Shown here: piece after piece, positions 8,791 through 15,727 of the stretch
Layout of the letters: the number at the start of each line of letters is the position of its first letter
Position numbering within the stretch: the first letter of the stretch is position 1
IMG/VR virus record: IMGVR_UViG_3300006641_000168
Location: 1 to 25,009 of that record
Length of the DNA: 25,009 nucleotides
Origin: a virus
Taxonomy: Duplodnaviria; Caudoviricetes
Direction: 5' to 3' (one strand)
Notes under the pieces: model-generated
The model's input: the letters and a program-made list of their open reading frames with translations, nothing else
What the model was told of the DNA's origin: nothing
Databases searched by the model: none
Made by a program: the position numbers and the translations under genes

Positions 8791-10292
8791 GACTCCTCCG
8801 AGAACGCCCGCATCGAAACCCAGTAATGAAAACCACTGAAGAACAGAAGCGGATAGAAATTGTAGTTCGATAGTTCGTCCATGCGATAGAACGCGCCTGC
8901 AAACGCGAGTGCTGTCGTAATCGAGACCCAGAAAAACATGACACGTTTAAAGTCCAAATAGCGTCTAACGGACTTCATGGTCTTCGTGTCGCCCGTCGGA
9001 ACCCATGCGACCATCGATCCCTTAAGCTTGTCCCAAAGGGCAAAGAGGTGCGCATAGTATGAGACTTGCCGGGCGGAAAGGACGTATGCGCCAAATGGTG
9101 CCCGGCCCCACATGGCAACGATAAGGACGCCGAAGATAAAGCTCGGCAACGAGAATAGGTAGTTGTACCAGAAGACGTTTTCAGGATGGAACCATACGAC
9201 GATGAGCGCCGGCAAAGGCGTTAAGATCACCGAAAGTGCTGTTGCGACGTAATAAAACATGCCGCTGATGTAACACAGTCGAGTCATGAAAGACGGAAGC
9301 GGAGTCGTCCAGAATTTCTTAGAGAGAAGCAGAGACGTCGACCCCGTACACCACCGAGTTTGTTGAACCCAGTAAGCGGACATGGTCTCGGGACAGATGC
9401 CCTTAGCGAGATTTAGAGGAAGATACTTTACGCGCCAGCGGTCGACGATCGCCTGCCATCCCGTGTGAAGGTCCTCGCTATACGCTATGGGATAAGTTCC
9501 TCCGTGGGGCGCCAGCGCCGCTCGACGGTACAGTGCGCAAGTCCCAACGCAGATAGAAGCACCCCAAGTATCGCGATTAGTTTGCACCATTCGATAAAAG
9601 AGCTCTTGCACATAGGCTGCCCCCTTCTCGACCCAGGACTGTCCGGCTTTAAGCTCGAAGTATTGCGGCGACTGTACGATCGCAAGGCCGGCGTCACGAT
9701 TAAAGTACGGGACCATTTCCTCGAGCATGTCGGGCCGAGGACAGAAATCAGCGTCGAGGATTAAGATCAGTTCACCTGTCGTACGCGCGAACGCATAGCG
9801 AACGTTTCCGGCTTTTTTTAGTTCGCCGCGGTTCGGACGAGCGATGTAGTTAAATTCGAAACGATCAGCAAGCATCGCGACTTCCGTGCGATGCGAATCG
9901 TCTAGGACCCAGACGTGAAGTTTCCCCTCGGGCCATCGAAGGGCGCGGACATGACGATAGGTATTCTCGAGAACCTCGAGCGGTTCGCCACAAGACGGCA
10001 AGTAGACGTCGACGGAGAGATTATTTGTGATCGTATTTCGTCGGACGTCTTCGTGTTTCGTCAGATCAAACGGTTTCCCGAAGACGCCAATCCAGTACGA
10101 AACGCCAAGATAGAACGCCGTAATGATCGTAAACGCGACGTAGACGACGAAGTAATTGTGATGAACCGCGAAAATCGCCATCCCGGCGACGAGCAGTAGG
10201 AACGAGACGAGGCCCCATCCGTAGATAAGCCACTTATTCTGGTCAACGTAGAGATACTTCTCGTGATCATTCGGCGGACTTGGGAGAATCAT
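8787..10292 (-). CDS. Membrane-bound processive family-2 glycosyltransferase (cellulose synthase catalytic-subunit-like, no PilZ domain)
   Basis: Two N-terminal and several C-terminal TM segments; motifs VLDDS, KKAGN, DADF, QSPQ, SED and QQTRW (D,D,D,QxxRW signature). Confidence 0.9.
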   Translation of the reverse strand: MILPSPPNDHEKYLYVDQNKWLIYGWGLVSFLLLVAGMAIFAVHHNYFVVYVAFTIITAFYLGVSYWIGVFGKPFDLTKHEDVRRNTITNNLSVDVYLPSCGEPLEVLENTYRHVRALRWPEGKLHVWVLDDSHRTEVAMLADRFEFNYIARPNRGELKKAGNVRYAFARTTGELILILDADFCPRPDMLEEMVPYFNRDAGLAIVQSPQYFELKAGQSWVEKGAAYVQELFYRMVQTNRDTWGASICVGTCALYRRAALAPHGGTYPIAYSEDLHTGWQAIVDRWRVKYLPLNLAKGICPETMSAYWVQQTRWCTGSTSLLLSKKFWTTPLPSFMTRLCYISGMFYYVATALSVILTPLPALIVVWFHPENVFWYNYLFSLPSFIFGVLIVAMWGRAPFGAYVLSARQVSYYAHLFALWDKLKGSMVAWVPTGDTKTMKSVRRYLDFKRVMFFWVSITTALAFAGAFYRMDELSNYNFYPLLFFSGFHYWVSMRAFSEES

Positions 10293-10474
10293 TTCGACTT
10301 TCGTATGCTCGCTAGATCGATTTGATACTCTTTAATCTTTCGATAGAGAGTCGCAAACGCGATTCCGAGATCGCGTGCCGCTGGTCTTACGTTTCCCTTA
10401 TGAAACGCAAGTGCGTATTCGATTTCGTTTCGCTCTGCTTCCCTTAGCGTAAGTATCCCGGTTTCACGCGCCAT
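10289..10474 (-). CDS. Stand-alone Fis/NtrC-type HTH (HTH_8) protein
   Basis: LREAERNEIEYALAFHKGNVRPAARDLGIAFATLYRKIKEYQI matches the Fis-family C-terminal HTH pattern; ATGA-coupled to the GT2 gene. Confidence 0.85.
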   Translation of the reverse strand: MARETGILTLREAERNEIEYALAFHKGNVRPAARDLGIAFATLYRKIKEYQIDLASIRKSK

Positions 10475-10479
10475 CTAGG

Positions 10480-10863
10480 TTACCAGAGCTTATACGCGAC
10501 TTTTACGTAGGCGCTCGCTTCCCGGCTCGCCCCGATTTCGCGCGCCGAAACGTCGGTCCAATCGACGGTCGAGACGCCGATCGCTCCGCCCATGCCGACG
10601 GTCCACTTCGCTAAGCGGTAGTCGACGCCGGCCTTCATGCTTGCCCATTCTTTTCCGTCGTGTGTTTCGAGCGGTCGGCTACCGGCCCCGACCCATGTGC
10701 TAAGGTAAAACGGACCCTTGATTTGCTGATCGATCGCAAGCCCGATGATCGGGTAAACCTTCGACTCTCCCTCGAACGTATGAGCACTTAGCGAGAGATT
10801 CGCGCCGGCAAGTGCAATGCTGGAACTCAAAAACGCAAAGACGAAAGCAAGAAGTACGCGCAT
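10480..10863 (-). CDS. Signal-peptide protein with outer-membrane beta-strand features
   Basis: Cleavable signal peptide (MRVLLAFVFAFLSSSIALA), about six amphipathic strands, C-terminal YVKVAYKLW ending in an aromatic residue; SD GAGGAG. Confidence 0.65.
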   Translation of the reverse strand: MRVLLAFVFAFLSSSIALAGANLSLSAHTFEGESKVYPIIGLAIDQQIKGPFYLSTWVGAGSRPLETHDGKEWASMKAGVDYRLAKWTVGMGGAIGVSTVDWTDVSAREIGASREASAYVKVAYKLW

Positions 10864-10867
10864 ATAA

Positions 10868-10910
10868 AAGACTCCTCTTTGGCTCTAGAAACGGAGTCTA
10901 GAAGAGTCTT
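10868..10910 (-). promoter_or_regulatory. 5'-UTR hairpin sequestering the SD of the 10863 gene
   Basis: In the mRNA, AAGACUCUUCU pairs with AGAGGAGUCUU (11 bp, one G-U); the 3' arm contains GAGGAG. Confidence 0.55.
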
Positions 10911-10923
10911 GTGCTGTTTTTAG

Positions 10924-10940
10924 AATTATAATTTCTGTTT
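10924..10940 (-). promoter_or_regulatory. AATTATAATTTCTGTTT motif: candidate cassette promoter and right boundary repeat
   Basis: 16/17 identical to 6191-6207; ~60 bp upstream of the ATG at 10863; tandem TATCGCTG repeats (10953, 10964) lie just upstream. Confidence 0.55.
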
Positions 10941-10999
10941 TGATGCGCGCGCTATCGCTGTTTTATCGCTGCTCAACTCGTACGTTATCCTCGACCCCA

Positions 11000-11215
11000 T
11001 CACTCCCGCTCACGGGTGGCCTCCTTCCATACCTGCTTTGTCAGATGCCATTGACCACACCATTTGCATTCGTATGCTCGCTGCTTTACAACTCGCCCCA
11101 TCCTCAAGGCATCTTGCTGGGAGAATCCTTTTTTCTGTCGACACGATCGGCGCACCCAATCGTCGTACTTCTTGAGAACTGTGAGCTTCCAAGCTTTGAC
11201 TTGATGACCCTTCAT
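11000..11215 (-). CDS. Small phage zinc-binding hypothetical protein
   Basis: C..KK.F...A...RAYECKWCGQWHLT pattern; ATGA-coupled. Confidence 0.65.
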   Translation of the reverse strand: MKGHQVKAWKLTVLKKYDDWVRRSCRQKKGFSQQDALRMGRVVKQRAYECKWCGQWHLTKQVWKEATRERE

Positions 11216-11877
11216 CCCCGCCCGCCCTTCAGCCGCTCGAGTTCGGCCTTGAGTTCGTCGATCTCTTTTTCGAGATCCGCGACACGGTCCTTAAGATTCC
11301 ACTTCTCGGTGCCCAAGCGCTCGGCAAGCCTGTCCCTATTTGCCATCAGTTCTGAATAATCTCTCTCGAGCTCACCGATGCGTGCCAACGCCGCTTTCAG
11401 CGCAGAACGCTCAGCCGGACCAAGACACGTCATCACTTCGCCGGATGCCATGCGAGCGACGAGGCCTAGTTTCAGATCCTTATCGATCTCACTTTCAGTC
11501 CGTAAGTGTGACGCGCTCTGCGGCTTACTTAGGTTTTGCTTACACCCCGCCTCGTGTGCCCAAGCTTCAATGTGCTCCTCAAACGCTTCACCGCAAAAGC
11601 TACAAGAATACGTGGGCAAGTGAACGGGGCAATAATTTGGGCAAATGCATGACTCCTCTACCATCTCCGACCGAGCCACTGGAGGGGATTCTTCGCGATC
11701 GAGGCGGTCGAGCACCTTTCCTAGCGCATTCACTCCTTGGCTAAACACCTCCCAATCCTTATTGAGATGTGCCTTTACAAACAACACATACGAGTAAGCG
11801 ACATCGTGGCGAAGCGGGGCTGTGCATTCCATACCTTCGTCCGAAGACGTTTGGGTGGATTCTCTTTTCTCACTCAT
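11212..11877 (-). CDS. Hypothetical protein with Cys/His clusters and a C-terminal coiled coil
   Basis: Start reassigned to MSEKRES (ATGA overlap with the 11874 stop); CICPNYCPVH and CSFC..H...C motifs; heptad C-terminus. Confidence 0.6.
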   Translation of the reverse strand: MSEKRESTQTSSDEGMECTAPLRHDVAYSYVLFVKAHLNKDWEVFSQGVNALGKVLDRLDREESPPVARSEMVEESCICPNYCPVHLPTYSCSFCGEAFEEHIEAWAHEAGCKQNLSKPQSASHLRTESEIDKDLKLGLVARMASGEVMTCLGPAERSALKAALARIGELERDYSELMANRDRLAERLGTEKWNLKDRVADLEKEIDELKAELERLKGGRG

Positions 11878-12311
11878 ACGCTTCCCTTCGGTTTCGCGAT
11901 CTCCTCGCGCAGGGCTCGAACTTCTGACTCGGCCTTCTCCGCACGCTTCCAATCGATCTCTTCTTGTTGATCTTTTTCGGCCAGCTTCGCCTCGTACTTC
12001 GCCGTCAGGATATTGCGCTGATCAGTCCAGCCTTTTGCGTACCCGTAGTTAAACTGAAGCCCATCGCCAGCGTCCATTTTGGGTAGCTCCATCTCATCCC
12101 CCATCGCGAGCAAGATGTTGTAGAGGATTGTTGCACCTTCGATTTGATGACGAATCTTGCTTCGACAATTAGTCAGGGCGTTGATATCGGTTGCGCTATA
12201 GATGATCTCACCTCTTGCGTTCAGTCCGAGGTTCTCTACGCCAGCATTCTGTTCGGCCAGCTTCTCAACCTTCTCTTTCAGTTCCTTCGGCAGTGTGTGG
12301 GTTGGGGTCAT
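11874..12311 (-). CDS. Hypothetical phage protein
   Basis: 145 aa, ATGA-coupled at both ends, coiled-coil C-terminus. Confidence 0.6.
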   Translation of the reverse strand: MTPTHTLPKELKEKVEKLAEQNAGVENLGLNARGEIIYSATDINALTNCRSKIRHQIEGATILYNILLAMGDEMELPKMDAGDGLQFNYGYAKGWTDQRNILTAKYEAKLAEKDQQEEIDWKRAEKAESEVRALREEIAKPKGSV

Positions 12312-12622
12312 GGCTTGTCCTCTACATCGTAAATCACGGCTTTAACTGACTTCACTACATCCATTCCAAGCTGAATGTCCGGATGACGAGTGAGCTTGTA
12401 GCCACAGACATCGATAAACTGATCAACCTTGTCCGCAGGTATTCTGACCGAATAGTAAACTGAGGTGCGCGGAGCATACTGAATCTGCTGAATGTACGTA
12501 CTTTGGATGCTCGAGCCCGTTATCAGAACGGCCTTCATAACACGCGCCATCGATTTCTCACTCATCGACGTCCAGGGCGGCCCGGCTTCTCCAACCGTAA
12601 AATATTCGTATCGTCGCTCCAT
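12308..12622 (-). CDS. Hypothetical phage protein
   Basis: Start reassigned to MERRYEY (TGATG overlap, purine-rich SD). Confidence 0.55.
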   Translation of the reverse strand: MERRYEYFTVGEAGPPWTSMSEKSMARVMKAVLITGSSIQSTYIQQIQYAPRTSVYYSVRIPADKVDQFIDVCGYKLTRHPDIQLGMDVVKSVKAVIYDVEDKP

Positions 12623-12870
12623 CACCCTTCCCCCTTCCGCGCGGCTTGGAGCTTGGCTAGGGTGTGAGTACCGGATGCGCAGCACATATCACATGGTCGA
12701 ACATCGTTTTCGCATTTCATCATAGCTTCGATTGCCATTTCCAACTCCCTGACGACCGGGCTGTGCTTGAGCGCTGCGGACCAGCCGCGTTTGAATGCTT
12801 CTTGCTCAGGTCCAGGAATAAATTCCCAGCAACAATCCTCCATCACCTCAGCGTCAGTCTTGGGGGTCAT
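12622..12870 (-). CDS. Hypothetical phage protein
   Basis: Start MTPKTD behind GGAGG; CDMC motif. Confidence 0.55.
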   Translation of the reverse strand: MTPKTDAEVMEDCCWEFIPGPEQEAFKRGWSAALKHSPVVRELEMAIEAMMKCENDVRPCDMCCASGTHTLAKLQAARKGEG

Positions 12871-13138
12871 GGGAGGCCTCCAAATCACTCAGCACAAGAG
12901 GCTCTACACATAATTCGAGTGCGATGCTCTGCCAGGCAAAATCAAGCTGCCCGGTAATGTCTGTTGCGGGAAACAATGCCATCTGTGTTGTCTTGCCGTT
13001 TCTTCTAAATCTCAAAACCGGATAGGCCTCTCTGCCGTACGAGTATTCTTTCATCAAAGTGACATCAATATCGTTCGCGTACGCCCATTCGAATACGCGC
13101 CACATAACCTTTGGTGTTTCTTCAAATCCCAGGCTCAT
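12854..13138 (-). CDS. Hypothetical phage protein
   Basis: 94 aa in the coupled minus-strand gene run. Confidence 0.55.
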   Translation of the reverse strand: MSLGFEETPKVMWRVFEWAYANDIDVTLMKEYSYGREAYPVLRFRRNGKTTQMALFPATDITGQLDFAWQSIALELCVEPLVLSDLEASHDPQD

Positions 13139-13206
13139 CCCTCACTCCCCTCGTCGGCGCGGATGCCGTGTTTGAGATCTCGCTCTTTACGTGTGAGGCG
13201 GGTCAT
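13135..13206 (-). CDS. 23-aa mini-ORF (MTRLTRKERDLKHGIRADEGSEG)
   Basis: Manually found; ATGA overlaps at both ends; fills the gap exactly. Confidence 0.4.
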   Translation of the reverse strand: MTRLTRKERDLKHGIRADEGSEG

Positions 13207-13349
13207 TTGGAATCCTTTGGAACCGTCCATGAGATACAGCACCAAGGGCAGTAGAACCCCGGAAGCTTCTTCAGCTTGCCTGCAACAAGAATGTAGCTTG
13301 CATCTTTCATCGTCTCGACATCATCCTTCTTGCACTTCGGACACCTCAT
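13203..13349 (-). CDS. 48-aa zinc-ribbon protein (MRCPKC...FYCPWC)
   Basis: Manually found; two CxxC motifs; ATGA-coupled. Confidence 0.6.
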   Translation of the reverse strand: MRCPKCKKDDVETMKDASYILVAGKLKKLPGFYCPWCCISWTVPKDSK

Positions 13350-13531
13350 CTCGCCCCCCGTTTACTCTTCCGATACATGCGATGGATTGTCTGCTGCCTG
13401 TCTTTCCCAACCGTCTCCTCCGCACGAATCAGATCGACAAGCCGAATTACTTCCTTGATCTGCGCGATCGGGAGGTTGATCTTGCCGCCTTCTCGGCGTG
13501 CGATTTCCACTGCGAGTTTGTTTTTGTTCAT
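13346..13531 (-). CDS. Small protein resembling the HU/IHF N-terminal helices
   Basis: MNKNKLAVEIARREG...IKEVIRLVDLI resembles HU alpha1-alpha2; strong SD AGGAGG. Confidence 0.5.
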   Translation of the reverse strand: MNKNKLAVEIARREGGKINLPIAQIKEVIRLVDLIRAEETVGKDRQQTIHRMYRKSKRGAR

Positions 13532-13539
13532 GCTTCCTC

Positions 13540-13905
13540 CTAAATTTTGATTCCAAGTTTCTCTGCCACGTCCTCGATCGAGCGGGCGACGAAGCCAATG
13601 CCGCCTTGCTCATTCCACGACTCAAGGAATGCCTTCTGCTCTGGACTCACGCGGCCCTGCTCGCTCTTCACTTCAATCGCAAGCGGCTGACCGCGATAGA
13701 TGCCGAGGATGTCTGAGATGCCTTTCGTGTGATGCACCGACTGCTTCTTGCGGTATACCTTCTTCGTCGGATCAAAGATGCCGATGGTGTCGACCTTGAA
13801 CGCGAACACTCGGCGGAGTGCGAGAAATGAGAGAATGCTGTTCTCAATCTGCTTTTCGGTCATGAGTCTGCGCTGTCTTTCTTTGGTGTGCAGAAATGTG
13901 GTCAT
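13540..13905 (-). CDS. VRR-NUC domain nuclease / putative Holliday junction resolvase
   Basis: TEKQIENSIL...GISDILG...AIEVKSEQGRVSPEQKAFL...GGIGFVARS, a PD-(D/E)xK VRR-NUC pattern. Start at 13905 or 13863. Confidence 0.88.
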   Translation of the reverse strand: MTTFLHTKERQRRLMTEKQIENSILSFLALRRVFAFKVDTIGIFDPTKKVYRKKQSVHHTKGISDILGIYRGQPLAIEVKSEQGRVSPEQKAFLESWNEQGGIGFVARSIEDVAEKLGIKI

Positions 13906-14699
13906 GCTGATCGTCTCCCTTCTGCACAAATTCGCTTCATTTTCGCGATTGCATTTCCCTCAAAGATCCACTCCTGAAACATCGCCATTGCCGCAACAAG
14001 ATGACGGAACTCAGGCGCGGTTTTGAGGCGCTTTGCCTTTAACTCCTGATCGAGCCAAACCCATGGGATGATCTTCCATCGAGTCGGAAGAGTTCCTTTG
14101 GCGCCGCCGTTGGGACCAGCTGCTGTTTGAAGGTAAAAGTCAGGGCGGCGGCCGAAAGCCTGAATGAACTGCGAAAGTGTTATTCCTTGTATCGTTCGGC
14201 TTGCGATGCCGAGAGCTTGCATTCGCTCTTTGATGCATGTCCGGTTCCCACGTCCGATCCGTTCAGCAATCCAGTCACGATTGCGGAGACCAGCATGCCG
14301 GAGAAGAAATTTGAGTTGCGCGGCCGACCAAGGAGAATGGTCTCTAGTTTCTTTTCGCAAGTGTTTCAGGCGAGGATCTAGATACGAAGCTGACATCAAC
14401 GATTTCATCTCTCGTTTCGTCAGTCCAAACTTCTTCCGCGTCTCTTCAAAGCTGTGTCTGAGGAAGTATCTCATCGCGGGCTCGCGCAAATGAGCATGCC
14501 TTGAGTTCCATTTCCCAAATCGATCGCGTAGCGTTGCCCGTGTCGATTGCAGGCCGAGTTTCTTCGCCTTCCATCGAACAGACTGCGGTGTTTTGCCAAG
14601 CGCTTCGGCGATCTCTGTGTAAAACATTGAGCCTTTGCTCGCCAGTTTCCGAAGCCTGTGTTCATCATCTTCAGACCAGCCGTATTCAGTCTTTTTCAC
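13902..14699 (-). CDS. Basic protein with repeated Myb/HTH-like units
   Basis: WSEDDEHRLRKL...EIAEALGKTPQSVRWKAKKLGL and WSAAQLKFL...WIAERIGR...IKERMQALGI. Confidence 0.65.
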   Translation of the reverse strand: MKKTEYGWSEDDEHRLRKLASKGSMFYTEIAEALGKTPQSVRWKAKKLGLQSTRATLRDRFGKWNSRHAHLREPAMRYFLRHSFEETRKKFGLTKREMKSLMSASYLDPRLKHLRKETRDHSPWSAAQLKFLLRHAGLRNRDWIAERIGRGNRTCIKERMQALGIASRTIQGITLSQFIQAFGRRPDFYLQTAAGPNGGAKGTLPTRWKIIPWVWLDQELKAKRLKTAPEFRHLVAAMAMFQEWIFEGNAIAKMKRICAEGRRSA

Positions 14700-14922
14700 T
14701 CAAGTACCTCGCGGCCTGAATGGCGGTCTTAATCGTGAGATTCAAATTCTGAACGCAATTGCACGCAGCATTCACCGAGTCTGGAGTGATCTTCTCTTTG
14801 GTCACTTCTTTCATCATGTGTTGAAGGGTCTTGACCGTATCTACCACTCCGAATCGATCGCTAATTTCTCGAAGAGCGACTTGCTTTCCGATACCGACAA
14901 CTTCAGCGTTTTTATCAGCCAC
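14686..14922 (-). CDS. Hypothetical helical protein
   Basis: 78 aa, GTG start behind GAGGAG. Confidence 0.55.
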   Translation of the reverse strand: MADKNAEVVGIGKQVALREISDRFGVVDTVKTLQHMMKEVTKEKITPDSVNAACNCVQNLNLTIKTAIQAARYLSEKD

Positions 14923-15299
14923 AATATCTCCTCGTGTTGAAAACCTAGTGCAAACAGATACCCATGTATGATTTCTCGAGCTTCGACCTCAGGGTCGAGA
15001 GGTTCGTCTCCGCCGACCAAATCTCTTCCATCACTTCCAACAATAAGATCCGCAAATGTTCCGGTTCCGTCTTCGCCAATTTTCTGGTCCAGTCGGACTG
15101 ATGCCTTAATGAGAGTGTTGCGAGCATTCCCTTTGCGATTGATATACTCGTATCCAAATTCAGCAGAATTTCCCTGTTGCTTAAGCCATTCTTGGATTCG
15201 TCGTTCTTGCTCATAGTCTTCCTTGTCTTCTTCATTGGTGTCCCACTTGCCGCCGCTTGTGATGCCCTTCGGATTTCTGATGTATGGCTTGTCGCTCAT
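14841..15299 (-). CDS. Hypothetical protein with a sigma-70 region 3.2-like motif
   Basis: VRLDQKIGEDGTGTFADLI resembles the sigma-factor SLD.PIGED....L.D.I linker. Confidence 0.5.
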   Translation of the reverse strand: MSDKPYIRNPKGITSGGKWDTNEEDKEDYEQERRIQEWLKQQGNSAEFGYEYINRKGNARNTLIKASVRLDQKIGEDGTGTFADLIVGSDGRDLVGGDEPLDPEVEAREIIHGYLFALGFQHEEILWLIKTLKLSVSESKSLFEKLAIDSEW

Positions 15300-15305
15300 G
15301 CCGCA

Positions 15306-15539
15306 TCACAAGAGCTTCCTGAACTCCGAGAGTTCCTCACGGGACACACTTTCCTCGAGCAGTTTCGATACAATGAGATGCGCTCTGGATTTAATCCCCA
15401 GGATTTTGAACACGTTGGTCAGATGGAACTTGATCGTTTTTTCTTCAACATCTAGCCGTTTCGCAATCTCCCGATTCGTCAGGCCCTTTGCGACCAGTTC
15501 GGCAATTTCTTTTTGGCGTGTCGTTAGTTCTGTTCTCAT
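15306..15539 (-). CDS. Stand-alone LuxR/GerE-type HTH regulator
   Basis: LTTRQKEIAELVAKGLTNREIAKRLDVEEKTIKFHLTNVFKILGIKSRAHL is a canonical LuxR HTH. Confidence 0.92.
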   Translation of the reverse strand: MRTELTTRQKEIAELVAKGLTNREIAKRLDVEEKTIKFHLTNVFKILGIKSRAHLIVSKLLEESVSREELSEFRKLL

Positions 15540-15709
15540 TTTACCCCCCCCGGATTATTTAGCCGTCGTACGTATCGCTCAATCTCTGCCCTCACGATTC
15601 TTGACGTTGTTCCAAAGATCGCTGCGATTTCTGCGACTGAGAATCCGTGCATGTAGTACGAAAACATCTCGTGCGCCCGTCCAAATGGCGCGTGTATGAC
15701 CTTGCCCAT
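15536..15709 (-). CDS. 57-aa HTH protein, similar to 5531-5743
   Basis: Manually found: MGKVIHAPFGRAHEMFSYYMHGFSVAEIAAIFGTTSRIVRAEIERYVRRLNNPGGVK; ATGA-coupled to the LuxR gene. Confidence 0.65.
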   Translation of the reverse strand: MGKVIHAPFGRAHEMFSYYMHGFSVAEIAAIFGTTSRIVRAEIERYVRRLNNPGGVK

Positions 15710-15727
15710 GTTGTTCCCCCAAGATGA

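Noticed and set aside
6537-10292. DNA hypermodification (glycosylation) system
   Set aside because: The GT2 is a multi-TM processive synthase type, and no base hydroxymethylase or similar modifying enzyme is seen in the window; not excluded for genes outside it.
15544-15551. C8 homopolymer as a phase-variation tract
   Set aside because: Lies at the extreme 3' end of a small ORF and probably doubles as the G-rich SD of the LuxR gene; no evidence of variability.
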